From the sequence record PQ382034.1: DNA of 64,000 nucleotides. One strand, given 5' to 3'. Each line of letters begins with the position of its first letter. Within the stretch, counting starts at the first letter, position 1. This document shows positions 1 through 9,586 of the stretch, one piece after another. The position numbers and the translations under genes are program-made. This DNA is from Acinetobacter phage vB_AbaSI_3. The notes below the pieces were generated by a model that was given only the letters and a program-made list of their open reading frames with translations, ran no database searches and had not been told where the DNA came from.

Positions 1-24
1 CAAAGCTCTTGTTCACATATACGC

Positions 25-834
25 TCAAAGATGCTTAGCATTATACACCTCTTTGTTCCAAATTACACCATCACGAAGTACATGATTTGGCAGCATATAG
101 TCAGAGAACCACCAGTCATTATCATACATCGCTTCAATATAGTTATCAATACACTCCTTGTACATCCAGGATTTCTTATACTCTTTTATCGTCAACAGTT
201 TGCGACGAATTTTAGAGATTTCGCAATGGTGTTTTGCCATTTTGTTGATAATTCGTACAACATGATTTCTTGCTACATGGTATCCATGATTGTGTGCAAA
301 GGTATGAATAGGGTCGTACCAATACACCTTATTTCTTACGTCAGGGTGAGCGATTTTAGGATCATACCACTTGTATTGGTTACTCTCTTTATTAAATTTT
401 TCGAGTTTATGCTGGTTAACGTGCTTTAAATCTATGTAGTGTGAACATCCCATCTCATAATCGAAATGGTAATCAAATTCGACAGGCTCAAGTTCAAAGA
501 ACGTGTCGTCGTTGAAAAATACATCAGATGTGCAGGCATCATAATTAGACTCATCCCATGATGCATTAAAAACCGAATAGTCAATAATACCTGGTGCAGA
601 GACTTCTTCAAAATGAAACCATGAGCCATGATCGGATACTGCCTTAATCATAGACTTATCAAGCTTTAAATTATTCTGTTTTGCAAAACCCATGATTTCA
701 TCATAGTCTAGCCCGAATGCAGATTCACAACGCAAATTTAACGTATCACATAATGTTTGTGCTTCGAAATCAGATTTAACAATTGTTACTAAGTCTTTGT
801 GTTGTTCATAATCTTTTAAAAATACAACAAACAT
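25..834 (-). CDS. hypothetical protein (269 aa), His-rich C-terminal half
   Basis: long ORF in the minus-strand early block; no recognisable motif. Confidence 0.45.
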   Translation of the reverse strand: MFVVFLKDYEQHKDLVTIVKSDFEAQTLCDTLNLRCESAFGLDYDEIMGFAKQNNLKLDKSMIKAVSDHGSWFHFEEVSAPGIIDYSVFNASWDESNYDACTSDVFFNDDTFFELEPVEFDYHFDYEMGCSHYIDLKHVNQHKLEKFNKESNQYKWYDPKIAHPDVRNKVYWYDPIHTFAHNHGYHVARNHVVRIINKMAKHHCEISKIRRKLLTIKEYKKSWMYKECIDNYIEAMYDNDWWFSDYMLPNHVLRDGVIWNKEVYNAKHL

Positions 835-860
835 CTTAAACCTCCATGGTATAGAGCCTA

Positions 861-1286
861 TTATACAAAATGATAGTATGCTTGTAAACAGTTATGTATG
901 TCAATTTGTCCAGAAGTCAATTTCATGACATGACGCACCCATTCATTTTGTGTGTAACGCCCAGGGTAGTCATTCCATTGTGTACAATATTCGATTATCT
1001 GATCTGCATGAATTCCACACGTCTGATATCCTATATCGCTTTCAATTGTTGCAATTGCAGTTTCTAATGGCAAATGTTTAACTTTATTATATGTTGGAAA
1101 TGAAATCATTCCCCATTTATACATTTCTGATACTGATTTTGGTGTTGTGCGAATTCTGCTATCTACGCCTTTCATATTTTTACTCACTAGATTAGGCTCG
1201 TTAGAGCCTAAGTTAAACATTAAGGAATTAACGAAGTTGTGTAACTTCAGCAATTTCTTTCCAGTTTTGTTCATCAGTTTTAACAA
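861..1286 (-). CDS. hypothetical protein (141 aa)
   Basis: ORF co-oriented with neighbours; overlaps the next ORF by ~60 nt. Confidence 0.35.
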   Translation of the reverse strand: MLKLMNKTGKKLLKLHNFVNSLMFNLGSNEPNLVSKNMKGVDSRIRTTPKSVSEMYKWGMISFPTYNKVKHLPLETAIATIESDIGYQTCGIHADQIIEYCTQWNDYPGRYTQNEWVRHVMKLTSGQIDIHNCLQAYYHFV

Positions 1287-2235
1287 AACTTGCTAAATAT
1301 AATGCTGTACGTAATGATACATTACGAAGTCTTGAAATGTTATCCTTCATCCATTCTAAAATTTGTTTAGTTTCAGATTCAAGTAATCCCGCTTTAAACA
1401 TCATATCTGTGTTTAAAATTACGTCTTCAACACGAACCATAATTTCTTCGTTGGTGTGAACTCCAAGATCTAAGTAAACCGAGCGAGATACTAGAGCATC
1501 AAGATGTGGTGCTAATTTTGATCCACGATCAATTTCACGATCAATATCGGTGTTGGTAATGAAAACGATTGTACCTTCAAATTCAAATTCTTGTGGAATT
1601 TCTTTTTCTTCAAGATAAGATGATGCAGTCGTCCAACAAACTTTACGAGTTTCGGAAGTATCTAATGCAGCTTTCAAAAGGTTAAGAGAATCTTCAGATG
1701 AGAAAACATCTACATCGTCTAAAACTAATACACTGTTTGGGCCTGAGCATTCATACAGTTTACAGAACATACCAATTGGAGACATTTTACCATTTACGAT
1801 TGTATACTCGATTTTACCTTCAGCATCGGCTTTTTCTAAGTCACGATTTAACGTGTATGTCTTGCCAATGCCTGGTGCACCTGAGATAATGAGTGAACGA
1901 ATAGATTTGTTAATTAACCCTTTAGTCATAATATCCATAACTGAAAAGCGTTTATTAATTCGTGCTTTCATTTCTTCAACTGATTCAGCAACATATTGAG
2001 CAGCAAGTGGAGATTCAACTTTCATTGTTTTTGGAAGTTGTCCTTCGATTGAGTAATCACCATGATAAACCCAAATTCCGCGTTGTTTACCATTAAAATT
2101 AATAATGACTTTACCATCACCAAATTGACTGTCATAATCATTTAGTTCTGCAGGGAACCAAGTATTGATTAATTCGAACGTACCATGAAATTCATTTCCA
2201 CGATAAATTCCTTTGTTGATAGTAACTGTAGCCAT
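1228..2235 (-). CDS. P-loop NTPase (AAA-like ATPase), function unknown
   Basis: Walker A GAPGIGKT and Walker B VLVLDDVD read in the translation; 335 aa. Confidence 0.6.
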   Translation of the reverse strand: MATVTINKGIYRGNEFHGTFELINTWFPAELNDYDSQFGDGKVIINFNGKQRGIWVYHGDYSIEGQLPKTMKVESPLAAQYVAESVEEMKARINKRFSVMDIMTKGLINKSIRSLIISGAPGIGKTYTLNRDLEKADAEGKIEYTIVNGKMSPIGMFCKLYECSGPNSVLVLDDVDVFSSEDSLNLLKAALDTSETRKVCWTTASSYLEEKEIPQEFEFEGTIVFITNTDIDREIDRGSKLAPHLDALVSRSVYLDLGVHTNEEIMVRVEDVILNTDMMFKAGLLESETKQILEWMKDNISRLRNVSLRTALYLASFVKTDEQNWKEIAEVTQLR

Positions 2236-2335
2236 AATATTTTACTCAATGTAGTATTTGATTTGATATGTCTATTATACCATAAAGTGTAATAGGCGTA
2301 AACATTTATTGAAAAATATTTACGCCTATTTGTTG

Positions 2336-2617
2336 TTATTTTGCGAATAGCGCGATGAGAGCTAGGCCTAGAACTATCCACCCGAGCAACTCGATGATTG
2401 AACTAAGGCGATAGACTGACACATTTTGAGTATCTTCTCTAGGCCAAGCTGCTTGCAATGCAAAGTTATTTTCACCGCGCAATGTACTCAAAGAGAATTC
2501 ATAGTCTCCGCTTTTGAGCCATAGTGTATCAACTGAACGAACTTTACGAATAGCGACAATTTTTGCAAATCGCATTAATGGCACTATTAAAACAGTTTCA
2601 CCAACTTTATATTTCAT
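2336..2617 (-). CDS. small protein with C-terminal hydrophobic (TM) segment
   Basis: 93 aa; C-terminal LLGWIVLGLALIALFAK. Confidence 0.4.
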   Translation of the reverse strand: MKYKVGETVLIVPLMRFAKIVAIRKVRSVDTLWLKSGDYEFSLSTLRGENNFALQAAWPREDTQNVSVYRLSSIIELLGWIVLGLALIALFAK

Positions 2618-2618
2618 A

Positions 2619-2828
2619 TTATTGCTCCAATGGATATAATTTCAATAAGAAGTCACGAAGTAAAATTTGTTCACGAACAGTCAAAACTATGCCTTCACAT
2701 TCGTCTACACAATCAATGTACAAATCCTTGTCAGGAAGAACTTCTACAATTGTGTCACAAAATTCACCTGTTTCTTTTTCTTCAGGCGTTTGTTCAATGA
2801 TCCAACGGTTCTCAGCGATTTGTTTCAT
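2619..2828 (-). CDS. hypothetical small acidic protein
   Basis: 69-aa ORF with start/stop overlap to both neighbours (operon-like coupling). Confidence 0.35.
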   Translation of the reverse strand: MKQIAENRWIIEQTPEEKETGEFCDTIVEVLPDKDLYIDCVDECEGIVLTVREQILLRDFLLKLYPLEQ

Positions 2829-3865
2829 AGTTTCAATCCCATTTTAACTTGATCTTTGTATACATCAAAAATAAATTTATCCCAAAACTCTTTGTCGACA
2901 CTAGATCGCATACCATTCTTGGCAGCTTCGGCTGATAATTTATCAACATCACTGATAAGGTCTTCAAGAATTGTGGAAACCTCTTTAAACTCGAGTTTGC
3001 CTAATTTAATATCCATTAGCAATTCACGATCTTTTAATGGATATTTAAGGTCACCAGTCTTATAGATCTCTTGTAATTGTAATCCACCTCGAATCGCATG
3101 ATGCATTGCTTTCCAGTCGATGCCGTTATTTAATTCAGCCTGACGTGCACGTTCACCATACTTATCCCACTCGGTAGCAATTTTCCGCTTGAGTTCTGAC
3201 ATTTTAATAGTGAGTTGGTGCTTTACACCCATGACATTGTAGAATGTTGATCCAGTTTTAGGATTTGTTTCAATTTTGCAATATTCATTGATAGGTAATG
3301 CATCCACAAAATCTGCAACACGATAATCTCTAGTTCTAGAAATATATCGATCTGGATAGAACGTCACATCAGCAATATCAATGTTATGCTGAGTAGGCAA
3401 GTCCTTAATAGCATCATGAACTTGGCGAAGTGCCGCCATTCGAGTACCTTTGATGCCGTATTTTGCCGCTTGTTTTTTGACATAGCCTAAATATGCTTTC
3501 ATGTCAGTAGTATAGAACATTGAACGATTCGCAACAATAAAGTCCCATGGCTCCATGAAATCGTAATCGACAATAAACTCTGGCGGTGTATGGAGCATGT
3601 CTAATGCAATAGTTTCACCTTTAATTGCAAGTTCAATGAAATATTTCAATGAGTACATTTCCACATCAACATCATCTGCTGTGTTTTTGGTGTGGCTGTT
3701 GTTTGTGTTCTTATTATAGTGAGTCAATGCGTTGCCCATAATGATACTTTTTGCATCAGGGATAAAGATGCCTTTGATGTCTAAATCGCTTGATGGCGTA
3801 GATGTACCATACAACTTAGATCCAAACACACATTGCATAACTAAACGTTCTTTCATAATATTCAT
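2825..3865 (-). CDS. nucleotidyltransferase (Pol-beta superfamily minimal NTase fold)
   Basis: N-terminal motif GSKLYGTSTPSSDLDIKGI (hG[GS]x9-13[DE]h[DE]h) read in the translation; 346 aa. Confidence 0.6.
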   Translation of the reverse strand: MNIMKERLVMQCVFGSKLYGTSTPSSDLDIKGIFIPDAKSIIMGNALTHYNKNTNNSHTKNTADDVDVEMYSLKYFIELAIKGETIALDMLHTPPEFIVDYDFMEPWDFIVANRSMFYTTDMKAYLGYVKKQAAKYGIKGTRMAALRQVHDAIKDLPTQHNIDIADVTFYPDRYISRTRDYRVADFVDALPINEYCKIETNPKTGSTFYNVMGVKHQLTIKMSELKRKIATEWDKYGERARQAELNNGIDWKAMHHAIRGGLQLQEIYKTGDLKYPLKDRELLMDIKLGKLEFKEVSTILEDLISDVDKLSAEAAKNGMRSSVDKEFWDKFIFDVYKDQVKMGLKL

Positions 3866-3955
3866 CTCATTGATCAGATAGTGGTATTATAATATCATAA
3901 TTCATTAAAGTAAACAATTAAATGCACAAAAGGAGAACAATGTTCTCCTTTTATT

Positions 3956-4207
3956 TTAGATTGATTCACGTAAATCGGCCATCCAGGCTCCACCGTCATA
4001 TTCAAGTTCGAATGGCAATGGTGCACTAAAATCCAATTCATTTGTGAAAGTTTTGACAGAAACTTCAACCGTAGTGCCATCAGGCCAAATGAATTTTGCA
4101 ACAGGTACTTTGAAAAGTGACTGTGTTTTTATTTCAGCTTTAAACTGAACTCGTTCACCATTTACCCAATAGTACTTTGTGTGTTTAAGAAGGTTTAAGA
4201 TTGACAT
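3956..4207 (-). CDS. hypothetical protein (83 aa)
   Basis: ATG at 4207 sits 1 nt after the stop of the upstream membrane-protein ORF; the longer ORF-track version (to 4360) overlaps that gene out of frame. Confidence 0.35.
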   Translation of the reverse strand: MSILNLLKHTKYYWVNGERVQFKAEIKTQSLFKVPVAKFIWPDGTTVEVSVKTFTNELDFSAPLPFELEYDGGAWMADLRESI

Positions 4208-4208
4208 G

Positions 4209-4670
4209 TTAGTCCTTAAAGTCAAGTTGTTGACATATTTTTGAATGTTTCGCTTTGAGGTAATTGAATAGCAATGAAGACGATTTATATTCACCAGAAG
4301 AACGCTTACGAAGCATGTTATTGATATATGATGCGCCTTCAGCCACGACAAAGACTCCACCGAGCGCTATAGCAAATATACCAGCAATAGTCATTGCACC
4401 TAAAGGAATTGCTACAATATTTACCCAAATGTTATTTGTGTACCACTCAGGACCTGCAATAACACCTAAATGAGTTAATGGCTCAGACAAAATGAATACT
4501 GATAGGCCAACCAGTCCGCATACAGCAACTATAAACAATGACACTATGCTGAATAATGATAGTTTTATCAAAAGCGTTCTAACATATCCGCAAAGATTGT
4601 CTGGAACACGCCCATTTGAACTAGACCAGCGCAAGAATCGATAATGCCATGATGATTTGTTAATTTCCAT
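4209..4670 (-). CDS. integral membrane protein (3-4 predicted TM helices)
   Basis: hydrophobic stretches LFSIVSLFIVAVCGLVGLSVFIL and IVAIPLGAMTIAGIFAIALGGVFVV. Confidence 0.5.
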   Translation of the reverse strand: MEINKSSWHYRFLRWSSSNGRVPDNLCGYVRTLLIKLSLFSIVSLFIVAVCGLVGLSVFILSEPLTHLGVIAGPEWYTNNIWVNIVAIPLGAMTIAGIFAIALGGVFVVAEGASYINNMLRKRSSGEYKSSSLLFNYLKAKHSKICQQLDFKD

Positions 4671-4675
4671 AATAA

Positions 4676-4942
4676 TTACCTCAATTGTGAATCTTTATTA
4701 CCACGACGATTGTAGTAAGATTGATGATTTGTGTCATGTGATGATTGACATGTTACACAAAATTGTACACCTTTAACAAACAAACGGCGCTTTTCTGGAA
4801 TCTCGTCTCCGCAATCGTCGCAAAACTTGTTTGATTCTCGTTTTGCTTGAAGTTCAAGTTCCAATCTAGCCCAGTCAACTGCATCGTCAATTGTTGCTTT
4901 ATTAGTTTCAAAAACCGGATCGTTAGGACCCCAGCCGTTCAT
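4676..4942 (-). CDS. DksA/TraR-type C4 zinc-finger protein
   Basis: CDDCGDEIP...CVTCQ (CxxC-x17-CxxC) in an 88-aa protein. Confidence 0.55.
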   Translation of the reverse strand: MNGWGPNDPVFETNKATIDDAVDWARLELELQAKRESNKFCDDCGDEIPEKRRLFVKGVQFCVTCQSSHDTNHQSYYNRRGNKDSQLR

Positions 4943-5003
4943 TTTAATTTACTCATATTGGTTGATACAGTGCAATTATATACACTGTATCATGTGATGT
5001 AAA

Positions 5004-5282
5004 CTACTTTTTAGCTTTAATTTCAATATTTTTCTCCTTTGCGTATTGTCGCCCGATTACATAGCCAACATGTGTGCAATCTCTTGAGCATTCAGTCTTA
5101 TTCCACCTGTCTTGTATAAACGTGTAAAAACGTTCGGACTCTTGCTTAGAAGGCGTTTTGAATTGAGAGTAAACTATCAATGCTCCTTCAACAAATTTAT
5201 CAAAATCTTTATCTTCTTCAGCGGCAAGACACTGTTGGATGCAGCATCCAACTAGCATAGCAAAGAGTAAAACTGCCTTCAT
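5004..5282 (-). CDS. small secreted protein (signal peptide)
   Basis: N-terminus MKAVLLFAMLVGCCIQQCLA. Confidence 0.45.
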   Translation of the reverse strand: MKAVLLFAMLVGCCIQQCLAAEEDKDFDKFVEGALIVYSQFKTPSKQESERFYTFIQDRWNKTECSRDCTHVGYVIGRQYAKEKNIEIKAKK

Positions 5283-5578
5283 TGATACTCTCCTCTATGA
5301 GGATTTAGCTGTAGACATGTTTCCATGAATCTACTATCAAAATTATCATTGATCCAGCCTAGTTTTGTTACATTATTGTTATTCACGGTTGACACATAAT
5401 CATCTCTAATTTCTTTAAGGATTGCACGATTTGGACAAACTGACGATTTGTATACACGATACGAAAACGCTAATGAGTCCACTTCATGCTCATACGTTTT
5501 AATTTTTATTGCAGGAATGTAATAAATTCCTGTCCCTAATAAAATTAGAGATGATGTTATTAACACCATCTTTTTCAT
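5279..5578 (-). CDS. small N-terminally anchored/secreted protein
   Basis: N-terminus MKKMVLITSSLILLGTGIYY; start/stop overlap with neighbours. Confidence 0.45.
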   Translation of the reverse strand: MKKMVLITSSLILLGTGIYYIPAIKIKTYEHEVDSLAFSYRVYKSSVCPNRAILKEIRDDYVSTVNNNNVTKLGWINDNFDSRFMETCLQLNPHRGEYQ

Positions 5579-6003
5579 TATTCTGTCTCTGGTAAGGCGC
5601 CGCCATTTTCAAATTTGTATGTAACATAATCATTAGATGTGTTCCAAACTCTGAAAAATATAGGGCGTTTGCAATCTAAAAATATATTATCTAGTTGGTC
5701 TTTAGAAGAAATATCAACTAGAGCGGGACCTGCAATTGCACCAAGTGTATTAATTCCACAAGTTCTCATATTGAACATACCATATGGGATAGTAGTTCTA
5801 ATTCCATTTGATCCTATGAATGAGATACCAAATGAATCGGTTTCTTTATCATAGCTAATCTCGGCGAAAGGAGGCAAAAGCGGAGTTCTGGACTGGTCAA
5901 TCCGTGTACCGTATATTGTAAAGATTGATGGTGTCAATTGTTCCCAAGCTGCTGCAAAGGGACTTACTAAAAGTAGGCTTAACAACGCAGCTTTTAGTTT
6001 CAT
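5578..6003 (-). CDS. secreted protein (signal peptide)
   Basis: N-terminus MKLKAALLSLLLVSPFAAA. Confidence 0.45.
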   Translation of the reverse strand: MKLKAALLSLLLVSPFAAAWEQLTPSIFTIYGTRIDQSRTPLLPPFAEISYDKETDSFGISFIGSNGIRTTIPYGMFNMRTCGINTLGAIAGPALVDISSKDQLDNIFLDCKRPIFFRVWNTSNDYVTYKFENGGALPETE

Positions 6004-6329
6004 CTATCTAATAGTCCTATTATATATTTTAGCATTAATTGATTTTTGTAATTTTCGCACATGACTTTATCTTCAGCATGTTCACATAATGAATCAAGAG
6101 ATCTAGATTTTCTATTAATTAGTGTACCAATAGATGCTCGACGATCCCGTTCATTTAATCCCATAAAATACATGCCATCGAGTTGCATTGAAACTATGTC
6201 AATACATTCTGCATTAGATGAACATACTAAGCTTGCTGCCTTTGAAGTGCGTCTGTCTTCTACTGAAGCGTTTGTCAAAATAGGTGCAACTAGTGCACCT
6301 GTAATAACAATGAGTTTTAATAACTTCAT
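6000..6329 (-). CDS. secreted protein (signal peptide)
   Basis: N-terminus MKLLKLIVITGALVAPILTNA. Confidence 0.45.
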   Translation of the reverse strand: MKLLKLIVITGALVAPILTNASVEDRRTSKAASLVCSSNAECIDIVSMQLDGMYFMGLNERDRRASIGTLINRKSRSLDSLCEHAEDKVMCENYKNQLMLKYIIGLLDR

Positions 6330-6850
6330 TATTCAACCTTTAGAACATTGTTATCCTTAAGATAATTTGCTTTCTTAAGTACATTTCGAGAATATAATGC
6401 TCCTCTTTGATGTTTCCAACCTGCATTATATGATGCTAATGCTCGACTGATATCCCCGTTATGCACTTTTAGCCAAGATTGCATCTCGACTCTAGCCCAG
6501 TGGGCTGAAACATTAGGATTTTGAAGCTCCTTTGTAATTTGAGCTCGACTTTTTTGTATGCCATTTTGGGCCATACGTGATTTTACAGTCGTGACCAAAT
6601 TTTGATATTGGCCAGCTGCATGTTTGCCTGTTCCGCAGTTGATTCCTGCACTAGTCTCTTGCCAAATGATGGCAGCCATAATGTATCCAAAATCAACTCG
6701 TGAACCGTTAAACTTTAGTGGTTGAGAGCGGCCGTATTTATAGGCCTTTTGCATGTTTTTGATTTGATCTTCGCTAAAGTTGTATTTGGCGAAGATCGTG
6801 GGCGATACCATTAACGTGATTGAAAGTAATAATAACTTTAAGTATTTCAT
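6329..6850 (-). CDS. periplasmic lytic transglycosylase-like protein (SLT domain) with signal peptide
   Basis: signal peptide MKYLKLLLLSITLMVSPTIFA; SLT-like motifs AIIWQETS, AAGQYQ and SYNAG. Confidence 0.5.
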   Translation of the reverse strand: MKYLKLLLLSITLMVSPTIFAKYNFSEDQIKNMQKAYKYGRSQPLKFNGSRVDFGYIMAAIIWQETSAGINCGTGKHAAGQYQNLVTTVKSRMAQNGIQKSRAQITKELQNPNVSAHWARVEMQSWLKVHNGDISRALASYNAGWKHQRGALYSRNVLKKANYLKDNNVLKVE

Positions 6851-6976
6851 AGGGGTCTCCTGCTGATTTCAGCTTCGTTTCATTTACGCTACGCGCATCC
6901 TTCTAATTAGTTGATAAAAATATTTATACCATGATCAACTTTTGACTATTATAACATACAATACACAAAAAGGACA

Positions 6977-7414
6977 TCAAAAATGTCCTTTATTTTTTGC
7001 CCTTTTCTTGCCTTCCATCATCCTAGAATACCAAAACTTATAGAACTCCGGGTCCTTGAGTTTCTCTTGAAAGACTTTAGATGCTTTGCGATTTCGTTCT
7101 AAAATAAACTCTTTGGTGTTAGTAGCATTGACATAATCAAATCCGCCATGGCCTCCGAGTTTAATATTGTATGACTTTTTGTTTAATACCAAATCGGCAT
7201 TGACTAACTCCTTTTCATGCTCATACATTTCTTCTTGTGAATCGTGAAATTTAAGAATTTGTTTTTCAAATTTATCTGCACCGTACTTCTTTATGGCATG
7301 TTTAAGAGCCGTACCAGAGCCCATATAGCCATCATTTAAATTAGATGTCTTGTGGGCTCCGATATAAAAATGACCATTAACTTTGTTAGTGATCTTGTAT
7401 GTGTAATAATACAT
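6977..7414 (-). CDS. GIY-YIG endonuclease, short Seg-like (catalytic domain only)
   Basis: MYYYTYKITNKVNGHFYIGAHKT reads as the GIY...YIG motif; 145 aa; sits in the tRNA region where T4 carries segB. Confidence 0.65.
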   Translation of the reverse strand: MYYYTYKITNKVNGHFYIGAHKTSNLNDGYMGSGTALKHAIKKYGADKFEKQILKFHDSQEEMYEHEKELVNADLVLNKKSYNIKLGGHGGFDYVNATNTKEFILERNRKASKVFQEKLKDPEFYKFWYSRMMEGKKRAKNKGHF

Positions 7415-7468
7415 CTTTCCACTTTACAAAATACCACGATAGTAATATTTAATAAAGTAGGAATATTG

Positions 7469-7729
7469 TTAGTCACCGTATGTGCCATATTTCAAATACG
7501 CTTCATGATTTGCATCGCCTTGATCTCGAATTGCTATAGACAAGTGTTCAGCAATGTAATCTTCATCTGCCTCGTTTTCTGCTTGACAAGTGATCCAATA
7601 ATCACTAACACATCCGAGCTCGGTGCCAAGTTCTTTAAGCACTTCAATGACTTCATTTGGATCATTGTACTCAATCAAATAATTATAATGATCTGTAGAT
7701 TCAGTTATTAAATGGACGGATACAAACAT
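7469..7729 (-). CDS. hypothetical acidic protein (86 aa)
   Basis: ORF in the minus early block. Confidence 0.4.
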   Translation of the reverse strand: MFVSVHLITESTDHYNYLIEYNDPNEVIEVLKELGTELGCVSDYWITCQAENEADEDYIAEHLSIAIRDQGDANHEAYLKYGTYGD

Positions 7730-7732
7730 ACT

Positions 7733-8263
7733 TTACTCCAATGTGATAGATTTAACAGATAGAACGCGATAATGGCAAATGTCAAAGAAGAACATACCTT
7801 GAAACGAACTAACATTTTTATGTAGGTTCAGGATACCATACTGAACTTTCATGTCACGTGTATTCAGAACTTTTGCGAGATATTGACCATCAGGCAGGTT
7901 TAACGCCTTTCTAGACATAAGAGTCTCACATTCAAACACTTTGTCAATTTGTGGTTCAGGAATTTCCAAATCGATATCAAATGTCATTTTTACAGACTTC
8001 ATGTTCCATCGATAAATGGCTTCATCTGTGTCCGCATTAACAAATGCTGGATCAAACAAATTTTTATCAATAATTTTGATTGGCACTTCTGAATCATCTT
8101 CTAGTATTGCGGTGAATTCAATAAGGCTCTTACCTGATTGTTTGTTATACAATTCAGATATTGTGTATGAATCAGAAGGAGCGAACTCTTGTGTTATTTT
8201 AGCCATAACAATATGCTCCCGAATAAAAATAATAGCGTGCCAAGAATCAATTGTTGCTTGCAC
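7733..8263 (-). CDS. hypothetical protein (likely starts at the internal Met, MAKITQEF...)
   Basis: ORF co-oriented and tightly packed with neighbours. Confidence 0.4.
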   Translation of the reverse strand: MQATIDSWHAIIFIREHIVMAKITQEFAPSDSYTISELYNKQSGKSLIEFTAILEDDSEVPIKIIDKNLFDPAFVNADTDEAIYRWNMKSVKMTFDIDLEIPEPQIDKVFECETLMSRKALNLPDGQYLAKVLNTRDMKVQYGILNLHKNVSSFQGMFFFDICHYRVLSVKSITLE

Positions 8264-8362
8264 AAGTTCAAATCTTTTCCGCGAGTAACAAATACACCGT
8301 GGACAATAAGGATTATTCCAATGTACATACCCAAAATATATGTGAAAGCATCCATTGACATA

Positions 8363-8995
8363 TTACATACCTTTGAGTGCACAGAACTCTACAGCTTCTA
8401 CAAATTCTTTGTCATCTTTAATTGACATATTATTTGCAGCGCATACTGGCAATAATTCTTTGAATCGTGGATCATTACGATACTCAGTACCTTCATAGTT
8501 TTCTACTATTTTAGGGTAAACTGTGTTAAATCGATCTTCCGAATTAAAGTTTGCCTCTTCTTCTGGTGATAACTCTAGGCCTTGTCCGGGTTCGTCAGCG
8601 CGTGGAATTTTATGACGCTGTGCTTCTGGTATAACTGAATAGTTTCTTAAAGAATTAGTTGCACATTCTCTGACATTTGCCTGGTATTCGGATAGAACAG
8701 TCGAGCCATAGTCAGTTGATGTGTCAATATTTGACAGCATACTGTCATAATTCTTACCGCAATAGTAGATAGCTTTAAATCCATTTGTGCCATAACGTTC
8801 AGCTAAGTCGTATTCCCAGTCGAATTCTAAATCGAATCCTTGGATATTGCCATCGACTTTAGACAAGTCAACGTATGCTTTATTTGTTTGAGATGTAGGA
8901 AGTGGCACTGTACCAACATCTGATTCTTTAGATAAACTAGGCTCTGAACATCCTACTAATCCGATAATTGATGCTACAATGAATAACTTTTTCAT
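8363..8995 (-). CDS. lipoprotein (lipobox LVGC)
   Basis: N-terminus MKKLFIVASIIGLVGCSEP. Confidence 0.5.
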   Translation of the reverse strand: MKKLFIVASIIGLVGCSEPSLSKESDVGTVPLPTSQTNKAYVDLSKVDGNIQGFDLEFDWEYDLAERYGTNGFKAIYYCGKNYDSMLSNIDTSTDYGSTVLSEYQANVRECATNSLRNYSVIPEAQRHKIPRADEPGQGLELSPEEEANFNSEDRFNTVYPKIVENYEGTEYRNDPRFKELLPVCAANNMSIKDDKEFVEAVEFCALKGM

Positions 8996-9067
8996 GGTTA
9001 TCTCTTTTGTGTATTTGATAGTTTAATTATACCAAACTTGATCTATGGTGTAAATAGTTTTGACAAA

Positions 9068-9096
9068 AAAATAGGACTCAATTGAGTCCTATTTTG
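9068..9096. terminator. bidirectional hairpin (aataggactcaattgagtcctatttt)
   Basis: perfect inverted repeat flanked by A/T runs. Confidence 0.5.
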
Positions 9097-9145
9097 CCTG
9101 ATGGTAAGTTCATCAGGTCTTACAAGCCCTTAAAGGAACTTAATC

Positions 9146-9220
9146 TGGCAGGCACTGAACGAATCGAACGCTCGTTAATGGGGTTGGAGCCCACTGTAAT
9201 AACCACTATACGAAATGCCT
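9146..9220 (-). tRNA. tRNA-Trp (CCA)
   Basis: hand-folded cloverleaf: 7-bp acceptor with encoded CCA, anticodon loop CTCCAAC, T-loop TTCGATT. Confidence 0.7.
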
Positions 9221-9310
9221 GTGGCGGAAAGCAGTGTAATCGAAACACAACCGAATTAACAGTCCACTCGCTTAGCAGGCGGTGCCAATCACCCTATTGG
9301 ATTACTTTCC

Positions 9311-9586
9311 TTAGAATAAACATAATGATGTGACAAGCCATTGATTTTGGCGTTGTATATTATTGGTGAGGCGGCGAGAACGTTCTTCATCTTCTTTGCG
9401 ACGTTTTTCTCGCTCAGCCTCTTGTCTTGCAATTCTTTTACGTGTCTCTTCCTCAATTGATCGTTCACTATGGCCACTATATCGTGGAAATCCAGTGCTA
9501 TACGAAGGTGAATCAAACCCCGTTCCATTACGCATTGTCATTTCATTCATGCGTCTTGAGAAATCAACATATTGAGAAACGCTCAT
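9311..9586 (-). CDS. hypothetical charged (Arg/Glu-rich) small protein
   Basis: 91-aa ORF between tRNA-Trp and tRNA-Pro. Confidence 0.3.
   Translation of the reverse strand: MSVSQYVDFSRRMNEMTMRNGTGFDSPSYSTGFPRYSGHSERSIEEETRKRIARQEAEREKRRKEDEERSRRLTNNIQRQNQWLVTSLCLF

Noticed and set aside
25-834. HNH-like endonuclease call for the His-rich 269-aa protein (AHNHGYHVARNHV)
   Set aside because: His spacing does not match the HNH core (HH...N...H with zinc-binding Cys/His pairs). Left as hypothetical.
3956-4360. 134-aa ORF as listed in the ORF track
   Set aside because: Its N-terminal 50 codons overlap the upstream membrane-protein gene out of frame. The start was truncated to the ATG at 4207, which sits just after that gene's stop.
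9082-9333. Plus-strand 83-aa ORF
   Set aside because: It overlaps the well-folded minus-strand tRNA-Trp and a terminator hairpin.
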